From positions 154,980 through 218,979 of the forward strand of contig JAGWLG010000001.1 of NCBI GenBank assembly GCA_028864975.1: a stretch of DNA of 64,000 bases. The letters run 5' to 3'. The translations under genes and the position numbers were made by a program. The notes under the pieces are model-generated. The model did not search any database, was not told the origin of the DNA, and was given only the letters and a program-made list of their open reading frames with translations. Within the stretch, counting starts at the first letter, position 1. Each line of letters opens with the position of its first letter. This stretch comes from Thermoplasmata archaeon (GTDB lineage Archaea > Thermoplasmatota > Thermoplasmata > Lutacidiplasmatales > UBA184). This document shows positions 44,496 through 52,091 of the stretch, piece by piece.

Positions 44496-45737
44496 ATGGC
44501 GCTCGTTCAGATACGGTCTCCCGGGAACGAGGACGCCCTTGCGGCTCCCTCTGGACTTGCGTTCAGCCCGGACCTGCGGGAGATCCGGGCCCTGCGTGGC
44601 CTCGACGAAACGGTCCGGATGGCACGCGAGCTCATCCAGGACAACACGTTCCCGACGGCCCGGGCCTGGGTGAAAGGCGGAGGCCACGCCGCGGCCTTCT
44701 TCCCGGTCTACACCCCGCAGGAGCTTGCCCATGCTCTCGGTCTGCTTCCGGTGACCCTTCACGGAGGCGGCGAAGAGCTCGAGATCACGCACGCCGATGC
44801 CGCGCTCGGATCGTTCCTCTGTTCCATCAGCAAGTCGACGCTGGAACTGGCGATCACGGGCCGACTTGACCCCTTCGGCGCCTTCGTCTTCCCCTACATC
44901 TGCGACGTGAGCCGGAATCTCGAGGGCATCTTCTCAAGACTACGGCCGAACGCCGTGACCCACATGCTCCACCTCCCCCAGAACTTCACTTCGTCCGCCG
45001 CCGTCCCCTTCCTGGTCGCCGAGTACCGGCGGCTCCTCGAAAAGCTCGAACGGGTCGCGAAGGAGAAATACGATCCGTCCGCGCTGACGGACAGCCTCCA
45101 GGTCTACCAGCAGAACCGAGACCTGCTTCGGCAGTTGACGGAGCTGCGTCGCAAGGAACCTTGGAAGCTCCCGTCGACCGAGCTCTACTTCCTCGAGCGT
45201 TTGGGCGACTTGGTCCCTGCCGAGGTCCAGACCCCGCTGCTTCGCCATGCGCTTGACGAAGCCCGAGAGCGGTCCCGTCCCAAGCGCGACGCGGTCCGCG
45301 TCCTCGTGGTGGGTCCCTTCTGTGAGCAGCCCACGCCCGACCTGCTGGCCCTTATCGAGGAAGCGGGCTGCTACGTGGTGGGCGACGAGTTCAACATGCT
45401 TCGCCGGTGGACCCCGAAGGTGGAGCTCTCGGGGGACCCTCTCGAGAACCTGGCCCGGGCCTACATCGAGAGCAAGGTCGACATCGGCGTGAGAGCAACT
45501 CCGATGCCGAAGGGCGAGTCGATCGTCGCCCGCGTGGGGGAGTCGGAGGCCCAGGGTGTCCTCTTCCTGACCGCGAAGTTCTGCGAACCTGCGCTCGAGG
45601 ACGTCGTGCTCTACCGTCGTGGCCTCGAAGAGAAGAAGGTACCCTACCTCCACCTGGAGTTCGAAGAGAAGTCGACCTCGTACGAGCAGTCGAGGCTCCA
45701 GGTGGAGACCTTCGTGGAGTCCGTGCTGTTCGATTGA
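44496..45737 (+). CDS. bcrC: class I benzoyl-CoA reductase subunit C
   Basis: PVYTPQEL, FLCSISKSTLEL, FPYICDVSRNL, EPWKLPS, GPFCEQP, KFCEPAL. Confidence 0.85.
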   Translation: MALVQIRSPGNEDALAAPSGLAFSPDLREIRALRGLDETVRMARELIQDNTFPTARAWVKGGGHAAAFFPVYTPQELAHALGLLPVTLHGGGEELEITHADAALGSFLCSISKSTLELAITGRLDPFGAFVFPYICDVSRNLEGIFSRLRPNAVTHMLHLPQNFTSSAAVPFLVAEYRRLLEKLERVAKEKYDPSALTDSLQVYQQNRDLLRQLTELRRKEPWKLPSTELYFLERLGDLVPAEVQTPLLRHALDEARERSRPKRDAVRVLVVGPFCEQPTPDLLALIEEAGCYVVGDEFNMLRRWTPKVELSGDPLENLARAYIESKVDIGVRATPMPKGESIVARVGESEAQGVLFLTAKFCEPALEDVVLYRRGLEEKKVPYLHLEFEEKSTSYEQSRLQVETFVESVLFD

Positions 45738-45755
45738 AGGCGGAGGGAACGGTTC

Positions 45756-46517
45756 TTGGTTAGCTCGGAGCCCTCGGGACGCGTACACGTCGAGCCCGGT
45801 GGCGACGCAGTTCATGTCAGCTGGGAGCGCGGGCCGCTCAACATCTTCGATACCCGGCTCCTCCGGGACCTTACCGAGGGCCTGCGGTCCGCCCAGGTCC
45901 GCGAGGCCCGCGTGGTGGTGCTCAAGGGGGAGGGGAAGTGCTGGAGCGCCGGGTTCTCGATCGAAGACCATCTTCGGCCCAGGGTCCGCGAGATGATGAC
46001 CGCCTTCCGCGACGCGGTCACCGCGATACGCGGGGTCGGCGCCCCCACCATCGGTCAGGTGCACAGCCACTGCCTGGGCGGAGGGCTCGAGCTCCTCATG
46101 GCTTGCGATCTCGCCGTGGGGACGGTCTCCTCCACGTACGGTCAACCGGAAGTGAAGCTTGGCGTCTTCCCTCCGTTCGGAGTGGTAGCGTACGAACGCA
46201 TGCTGGGACCTCGAAGGGCGCGAGAGCTGCTCTTTCTTGGAGGAACGGTCTCCGCGGAGGAAGCTCAGAGGATGGGCATCCTCAATCGGGTCGTCCCGGA
46301 CTCCGAGCTATCCTCTGAGGTCGGGCGCAGCGCCCGGACGCTCGCGGGCTACCGTTCGGGGACCCTCCGTCTCCTCAAGCGGCTGATGCGGGAGGACCAG
46401 ACCTCCCCCTTGCTCAAGGTCGAGAGCGCCTACCTGAACGAGCTAATGACCGAACCAGGGGCCGAAGACTCGCTCAAGGCCTTTCTCGAGAAGCGACCGG
46501 CCGCTGCGAGAAGCTAG
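45756..46517 (+). CDS. dch: cyclohexa-1,5-diene-1-carbonyl-CoA hydratase (Dch/BzdW-like)
   Basis: SIEDH, CLGGGLEL, GQPEVKLGVFPP, VESAYLNELM, LKAFLEKR. Confidence 0.8.
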   Translation: MVSSEPSGRVHVEPGGDAVHVSWERGPLNIFDTRLLRDLTEGLRSAQVREARVVVLKGEGKCWSAGFSIEDHLRPRVREMMTAFRDAVTAIRGVGAPTIGQVHSHCLGGGLELLMACDLAVGTVSSTYGQPEVKLGVFPPFGVVAYERMLGPRRARELLFLGGTVSAEEAQRMGILNRVVPDSELSSEVGRSARTLAGYRSGTLRLLKRLMREDQTSPLLKVESAYLNELMTEPGAEDSLKAFLEKRPAAARS

Positions 46518-46530
46518 GAGACGGCCAGCG

Positions 46531-47553
46531 ATGCGTGCCGCGGTGTTCTCCGGAAGCGGCGAGCCCCTCGCCCTTACGAACGTCCCCGACCCTTCGCCCG
46601 GTCCCGGCGAAGTCTTGGTCAAGGTCGCGGGCTGTGGCCTCTGTCATACCGACCTCCATTACCTCGACCATGGGGTCGCGACGGCCCATCCCCCACCGCT
46701 CATCCTGGGACATGAGATCTCGGGGACGGTGGTCGGGCACGGAGCGGGGGTGGAGGGCCCGAAGGCCGGAAGTCGCGTGCTTCTTCCCGCCGTCCTGCCT
46801 TGTGGCGCCTGTTCGCTCTGCCGGACCGGTCGTGGAAACATCTGCCCCAAGATGCGGATGTTCGGGAACCACATCGACGGCGGGTTCGCGGAGTTGGTCG
46901 TTGCGCCCGCCCACGAGGTCATCCCCCTCCCGGGCGACGTTCCCCTCGTTCGCGGCTCCATCATCGCAGACGCGATTTCCACCCCGTACCACGCGGTGGT
47001 CAACCGTGCCGCGGTGAGGGCGGGGGAGTGGGTGGTCGTGGTCGGATGCGGTGGTGTCGGGATCAACGCCGTCCAGATCGCCTCGGCGACCGGAGCCCAG
47101 GTCATCGCGGTCGACCTCGCTCGTCAGAAGCTCGACATCGCCTCCAAGGTGGGCGCGGCCGAGACCCTCGATGCCTCCCGAGTGCCTGACCTGGGAAAGG
47201 CCGTCCGGGCCATCACGGGGGAGGGGGCCGATGTCGCGTTCGAGGCGGTCGGGACTCCTAGGACGGTGGGGAGCGCAATCAGTACCCTGCGCCGAGGCGG
47301 TCGACTGTGCCTCATCGGGTACAGCGCCGAGAACGCCCCCATGCCCCTCAATAAGATCATGTTCCTCGAGTACACCATCATGGGGTCGTTGGGGTGTCGA
47401 CCGGTCGACTATCCTAAGGTGATCGACCTTGTACGACGCGGCAAGGTCCAGTTGGACCCCGTCATCTCTTCGGAAATACCTCTCGAAAGGATCGAGGAGG
47501 GTCTCGGTCGACTCCGACGAGGCGAAGGTCTCCGGACCATCGTCGTCCCCTGA
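46531..47553 (+). CDS. had: 6-hydroxycyclohex-1-ene-1-carbonyl-CoA dehydrogenase (Had/BzdX-like, Zn-ADH)
   Basis: GCGLCHTDLHY, LGHEISG, PAVLPCGACSLCRTGRGNIC, GNHIDGGFA; last gene of the operon. Confidence 0.78.
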   Translation: MRAAVFSGSGEPLALTNVPDPSPGPGEVLVKVAGCGLCHTDLHYLDHGVATAHPPPLILGHEISGTVVGHGAGVEGPKAGSRVLLPAVLPCGACSLCRTGRGNICPKMRMFGNHIDGGFAELVVAPAHEVIPLPGDVPLVRGSIIADAISTPYHAVVNRAAVRAGEWVVVVGCGGVGINAVQIASATGAQVIAVDLARQKLDIASKVGAAETLDASRVPDLGKAVRAITGEGADVAFEAVGTPRTVGSAISTLRRGGRLCLIGYSAENAPMPLNKIMFLEYTIMGSLGCRPVDYPKVIDLVRRGKVQLDPVISSEIPLERIEEGLGRLRRGEGLRTIVVP

Positions 47554-47744
47554 GGTCCAGAGGTCTGGGCGTTCCGGTCGCCGCTGCAAGCGACTGTCGC
47601 GGTGCGCAATCTCGCGAGCGTCCCTCCTATTCGCTTGTCGTCGAGGTCTTCCCAAGTTGACAGAATCTTGACCTCCATCGAGAAGGTTGGTTGGCGTGGG
47701 TACAGAGGTGGGCGGACCCGCCGGCCCGAGCCAGGAATGGGAAC

Positions 47745-48104
47745 ATGGCGAAAGCGCAGTACGCAGAGGTCATCGCAGAGGCGCCTGTGGAGATTCGCCT
47801 GGAGCTCTTCACGAACGGTCCGCTCACGCGGACCACCGTGGAGCAGATCTCCGGGATGCTCTCCAGGCGATGGCCCGTGACGTGGGATGCGAAGGTCCCT
47901 TCTAGCACCAGCCGGGACCATCCGGCTCGTTGGCACGCGACGATCCCTCCCGCGGCCTCCGGGGCCACCGAGCTCCTACATCGGGAGATCCGTGACGAAC
48001 TGCGGTCTATCGACCCCGCAGGGACCTTCAAGTTCCGTACCCGTTGGAACTTCCCCCAAAGCCCTAACGACCAGGAGATCTACGAGGAACGCTGGAAGAT
48101 GTGA
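47745..48104 (+). CDS. hypothetical protein
   Basis: 119 aa, coding-like composition. Confidence 0.6.
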   Translation: MAKAQYAEVIAEAPVEIRLELFTNGPLTRTTVEQISGMLSRRWPVTWDAKVPSSTSRDHPARWHATIPPAASGATELLHREIRDELRSIDPAGTFKFRTRWNFPQSPNDQEIYEERWKM

Positions 48105-48438
48105 GATCCCGGCCGGGTCCACGCGAACAGTCGTCATTGCGAGCCCTCCCTCGTGATCGACCCGACGGGGGATCTCCGCGTGCCCACCGAAAAAGGACTC
48201 GATCCCTGCTCGCGATCTTCGACGCCTGAAATGGCTCCCTGCGCTGGAGGAGTCTCAGTCCAACGGGAAGTACCCCCCGAGGAGAGCGTGGGCCCGAACC
48301 GCAGGGAGCGGAAGGCAGGCTAGGGTTCCGGGTGTGACGGGCCAGAGTACGGCCCCGGCTCAGTGTGCCATGCCCAGGGAAGGTGCAGGGCTCCACGGGG
48401 GCTTATGGACCGGCTCGATGTGGGCATGGGCTGACTGG

Positions 48439-49692
48439 ATGACCAACGATCCGCGACGTATCTCTCTCCAGACCGCTCGCCGCCTTGCGGTAACGAAGCA
48501 GCACCTTGCGGGTGGCCTGCGGAAGGGCTCCGCCAAGAACGACCTTCACTCCGTGCTCCGCGAGATCGTCTACGTCCAGGTCGACCCCTTCTCGACGGTC
48601 GTACCCACGCACATTCTTGCCCTGTGGAACAGGGTGGAGGGGTTTCATGCGGTGGACCTCGACCGATTGCTATGGCGAGAGAAGAGGGTCTTCGAGACCC
48701 CACCGGAGCCGGTCTCGATCGCGCTCGCTGAAGACTACCCGCTCTACTACACGTTGATGAAGCGGACCCCCGTGGATCCTTCCGGTTGGTGGGGAGGACG
48801 GCGCTCTCGAGCCCTGCTGTGGCTGGAGACCCATGAGGAGCTCCGCGGGTCCATTCTGCAGCAGCTCGAGGGGGCGGAGCTCACCCTGAACCAGTTCGAA
48901 GGGCACGTCAAGACGGGTCGACGGGAGGATGGATGGACCTCGGGAAGCGATGTGGCGGTGACACTGCAGTACCTCCACCTCTTCGGCGACGTCATGGTCG
49001 TGGGCAGGGAAGGAAGTGAGAAGCGCTGGGGTCGTCCCGAGGACTTCCTTCCTGGGTGGTTCGAGCGCAAGCTGGTTCCCGAGAGCGAGTTCGAGCGAGC
49101 GTGCGCGCAAAGGGCCCTTCGCGCCATGGGGACCGCGACTCGCTCGGACATCTACTATTACTTCCCTCGGGGCCGCTACGTCGATCTTCGCAACACCCTG
49201 GCGGCTCTCGAGAAGGAAGGCGCCATCCAGCGCGTCCAGATCGGGGACCAAGCGCCGAAGGAGATGGGATATGTCCACAGCGCCGACCTCCCCCTACTGG
49301 ATTCTCTGGAGCGCGATTGGTGGGTGCCCCGGCTCTCGCTCCTTGGTCCCTTCGACAACCTGATCCAAGGCCGGCAGCGGACCAACCGGCTGTTCGGCTT
49401 CGACTACGTTCACGGGAACTATCTTCCTGCGGCCAAACGAAAGTACGGACTGTACGTATTGCCCATCCTCCGGGGAGACCGGATCATCGGGCGACTGGAC
49501 CCCCGATTGGACCGAACGACTCGGACGCTTACCATCAACTCCGTGCACGCGGAGCCGTCCGCGCCGAACGGGCGGGGGGTGGGGGAGGAGATCGCGGAGT
49601 CGGTCTCCCGTCTTGCGAAGTTCTCAGGAGCTGAGAGGGTCGTGTACACCTCCAAGGTTCCGCGCGCTTGGAAAGCGGGCCTGGGGACCTGA
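48439..49692 (+). CDS. ycaQ: YcaQ/AlkZ family DNA crosslink-repair glycosylase (HTH_42)
   Basis: QVDP (QxD motif), LLGPFDNLI...LFGFDY...KRKYGLYVLPIL.GDRIIGRLD. Confidence 0.85.
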   Translation: MTNDPRRISLQTARRLAVTKQHLAGGLRKGSAKNDLHSVLREIVYVQVDPFSTVVPTHILALWNRVEGFHAVDLDRLLWREKRVFETPPEPVSIALAEDYPLYYTLMKRTPVDPSGWWGGRRSRALLWLETHEELRGSILQQLEGAELTLNQFEGHVKTGRREDGWTSGSDVAVTLQYLHLFGDVMVVGREGSEKRWGRPEDFLPGWFERKLVPESEFERACAQRALRAMGTATRSDIYYYFPRGRYVDLRNTLAALEKEGAIQRVQIGDQAPKEMGYVHSADLPLLDSLERDWWVPRLSLLGPFDNLIQGRQRTNRLFGFDYVHGNYLPAAKRKYGLYVLPILRGDRIIGRLDPRLDRTTRTLTINSVHAEPSAPNGRGVGEEIAESVSRLAKFSGAERVVYTSKVPRAWKAGLGT

Positions 49693-50339
49693 CCCCTCTT
49701 CCAAGGAGAGGTCCGGGCCGAAGAGCTAGCGCTCTGCGAGGTGCCCTCTGCGAGCTCGCGTCCCATCTCCTGCAGGGGAACCGCGACGGTTTCCTCATCA
49801 TCGTACGGTTCCCAGACCCCCGGGTTAGCGATCGACCCCGCCGGCGGGCGGGACGCTGTCCGGCCGAGGGGTTCACTCTCCCAGTCACCTTCGATGAGCC
49901 CCCTTGGCGTGCACCTCGCCCCTCATTCTTCGGGGTCCCGTTCACGTCGAGCCCACTTGCTCGACCCCGTTGTTCCTCGAGACGGGACTTCGCTGGTTTT
50001 CCTTGTCGCGGCGGCCATTCGGCGCCGATGGCGCTATTCGGCACCGCACTTGCATCGCCGACTGGGGGGATCCGCACCCTCTCGCCGTTCTTACCGTCGA
50101 AGGCTCGCCGCGAGTCGCCTGGAGTGGCGCTCGTGCTCGGTGCCGTGGGGAGGGCATGGGCCACGGGAGAACCCCGAACATGATCCTCTAAAGTGGCTCC
50201 AGGTCCCGAGGTGCCGACCGTCTGGCCGGGCGAGGGGATTCCCGCGTTGGGCGCACCGGTAAGGCGATTTCTTCACCCCTTCTCAGGTCAAATAATAAGG
50301 CAAGTGACGCATTCTGTATTCCGTCTCGAAGCCGACGGT

Positions 50340-50951
50340 GTGGCCCTACCTCCCGACATAAGCCGCCCGTCACTTTCCATCCCTGCCGCAGAGGTGGACT
50401 GGTCCGCTCAAGTGGCTGAACAGGTCGAGGAGCTCGGTTGGACCGCCGGTCTGCTTCGGACCCTCGGACAGCGCCTCTCCCGTGCCGAGAGCGGTGAGGC
50501 CAGGGCTTTCAGCGACGGCCTGCTCCGCCACGCCGATACGCTACTTCGCCTGAAGGCGGGCGTGCTGACCGACGCCGTCCGATTGGCGTCCTCTCCTCCG
50601 CCGTCAGCGAGAACGAACGGAGGACAGAGGTTCGTGCAGGAAGCTCTGCGCAAGTGTGGCGACGCCATGACGACCGCCGCGGTCAACTACGCGGAGGCTG
50701 CCCGACGGCTCCCCCCCCTGGGGAGCGGATTCGGCACCGTCGTCGGAGAGGCCCTGATCATCGCGAGACTCGTGGAGGAGCGTGGAGGCCAGATGAGGAG
50801 GCTCGCGGAGAAGATCCGTGCCTCGTCGGAAGAGGTCCCGCCCGATCCAGGGCGGACCGCGGACCATGGACGCACGCGTGCGAATTGTCGAGAACAGAAC
50901 TCCTTCGGGGATGCGATGGGCCTAGACTCGGTTGCTTCTCACCAACGATGA
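50340..50951 (+). CDS. hypothetical all-helical protein (start uncertain)
   Basis: AT-rich AAATAATAAG at about 50290 upstream; amphipathic helices. Confidence 0.45.
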   Translation: MALPPDISRPSLSIPAAEVDWSAQVAEQVEELGWTAGLLRTLGQRLSRAESGEARAFSDGLLRHADTLLRLKAGVLTDAVRLASSPPPSARTNGGQRFVQEALRKCGDAMTTAAVNYAEAARRLPPLGSGFGTVVGEALIIARLVEERGGQMRRLAEKIRASSEEVPPDPGRTADHGRTRANCREQNSFGDAMGLDSVASHQR

Positions 50952-51524
50952 GCCAGCGCGGCGAGTTCGCCTGTAGTGTCGGGCCACCCGGGCACGATTC
51001 CCGCATCCGCTGGCCGAGCACCACATCTGAGTTTGGGTCCTAGCCAGCAGAAAGTGGACGCAGTCCGTTCCCCGGCATGCTTGTAGCTTCGAGCGAGCTG
51101 GGCTCGCCAAGAGCGCGATTGCGTCGCGGGCGAGGGAACCGGCGACCCGTGCAGCAGGAGGGGTCGGGCGGTCCACGTCCACTAGGGCCCACCCACCTCG
51201 CTGCCATCCGAGCACCCTGCGTTGCTCAGAACGGATGGCCGTGGCGTTGACCGTTCTGAGCGCGGTTGCTGACGGCCGGCCTCCGTGAGCCTGAGAACGA
51301 AAGAGGCTGACGAGTGCCGCTCTCAGCTCTCGAAGGTGGGGAAGCTCGCGGTCGAGGTTTGGAGGGGCCGCCAACTCTTGGTGATCGCGTGTCCACCTCC
51401 GGAAGGTGGCCGAAGAGGCAAGCCCGTCCCCCACGCGGCATCCCGGGCACGCCGCGGTGTTCGCGAAGTCCAAAGCTAGCCTTCCTTTGGGGAACGTCCG
51501 TGTGCTCGACCGACGGTCCTTCAT
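50922..51524 (-). CDS. CGNR zinc finger / ABATE domain protein
   Basis: LALDFANT, LRELRAAL, C-x4-C...WCSASGCGNRARVARHY. Confidence 0.9.
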   Translation of the reverse strand: MKDRRSSTRTFPKGRLALDFANTAACPGCRVGDGLASSATFRRWTRDHQELAAPPNLDRELPHLRELRAALVSLFRSQAHGGRPSATALRTVNATAIRSEQRRVLGWQRGGWALVDVDRPTPPAARVAGSLARDAIALLASPARSKLQACRGTDCVHFLLARTQTQMWCSASGCGNRARVARHYRRTRRAGSSLVRSNRV

Positions 51525-51549
51525 CGAGCTCCTGATGTCATCGGTCCTA

Positions 51550-51586
51550 GACGAAGTGGCTATATAGCCTAATGCTCTGACGAAGT
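51550..51586. promoter_or_regulatory. bidirectional promoter: palindromic TATA box flanked by direct repeats
   Basis: GGCTATATAGCC palindrome 51558-51569; GACGAAGT at 51550-51557 and 51579-51586. Confidence 0.6.
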
Positions 51587-51599
51587 TGAGGTCGTTAGT

Positions 51600-51743
51600 A
51601 TGGCGAAGGCGAAAGACCCGGTATGTGGAATGACGGTCGACACAGAGAAGGCCCCTGCAAAGGGGATGTACGACGGGCAGATGGTCTACTTCTGCAATCC
51701 CAACTGCCAAAAGAGCTACGAGACGAAGCGGAAGCCGAAGTAG
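51600..51743 (+). CDS. small YHS/TRASH domain metallochaperone (47 aa, absent from the ORF track)
   Basis: Hand translation MAKAKDPVCGMTVDTEKAPAKGMYDGQMVYFCNPNCQKSYETKRKPK; DPVCGM...YFC..C. Confidence 0.9.
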   Translation: MAKAKDPVCGMTVDTEKAPAKGMYDGQMVYFCNPNCQKSYETKRKPK

Positions 51744-51857
51744 GCCCCTGCCGACGCTTCATTCCGGGACAGGGGCGAGACCCGGGAAGTACGTTCCAGG
51801 GGACGTCTGGCTGCCGAGCGACCCTTGGGCCACAGAGTCGACGACGAGAGGGAATCC

Positions 51858-52070
51858 ATGAACAAGCACGTTACAGATCCGGTGTGCAACATGAAGCTGG
51901 AGCCGGAAAGGGCGTTCTCCAAAGGCTCCTACGATCTGGAAGTGCAGTACTTTTGCAGCGACCTCTGTCAGAGGACCTACGAGGCCCGCCTTACCTGGGA
52001 GAGGGACGGGACCGAGGAGGCCCGTCGCACCTACCTTGACCTGTTGGCCCAGGGCCATCACTCCTTCTGA
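51858..52070 (+). CDS. second YHS/TRASH domain protein
   Basis: DPVCNM...QYFCSDLC. Confidence 0.85.
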   Translation: MNKHVTDPVCNMKLEPERAFSKGSYDLEVQYFCSDLCQRTYEARLTWERDGTEEARRTYLDLLAQGHHSF

Positions 52071-52091
52071 CCCGGCCGAGGCGCGAGCTTC

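Noticed and set aside
41573-45737. Alternative call as a 2-hydroxyacyl-CoA dehydratase (Hgd/Fld/Had) system
   Set aside because: Two distinct activator subunits including a BcrD-type, BcrB/BcrC-specific motifs and flanking oah/dch/had favour benzoyl-CoA reductase; a phylogeny is still needed
48105-48438. Possible structured ncRNA (SRP or RNase P) in the 330-bp gap
   Set aside because: No SRP helix-8 or RNase P conserved motifs recognisable
49535-50262. Several 170-210 aa ORFs on both strands
   Set aside because: Low-complexity translations, overlap with ycaQ or each other, and no motif or clear start signal
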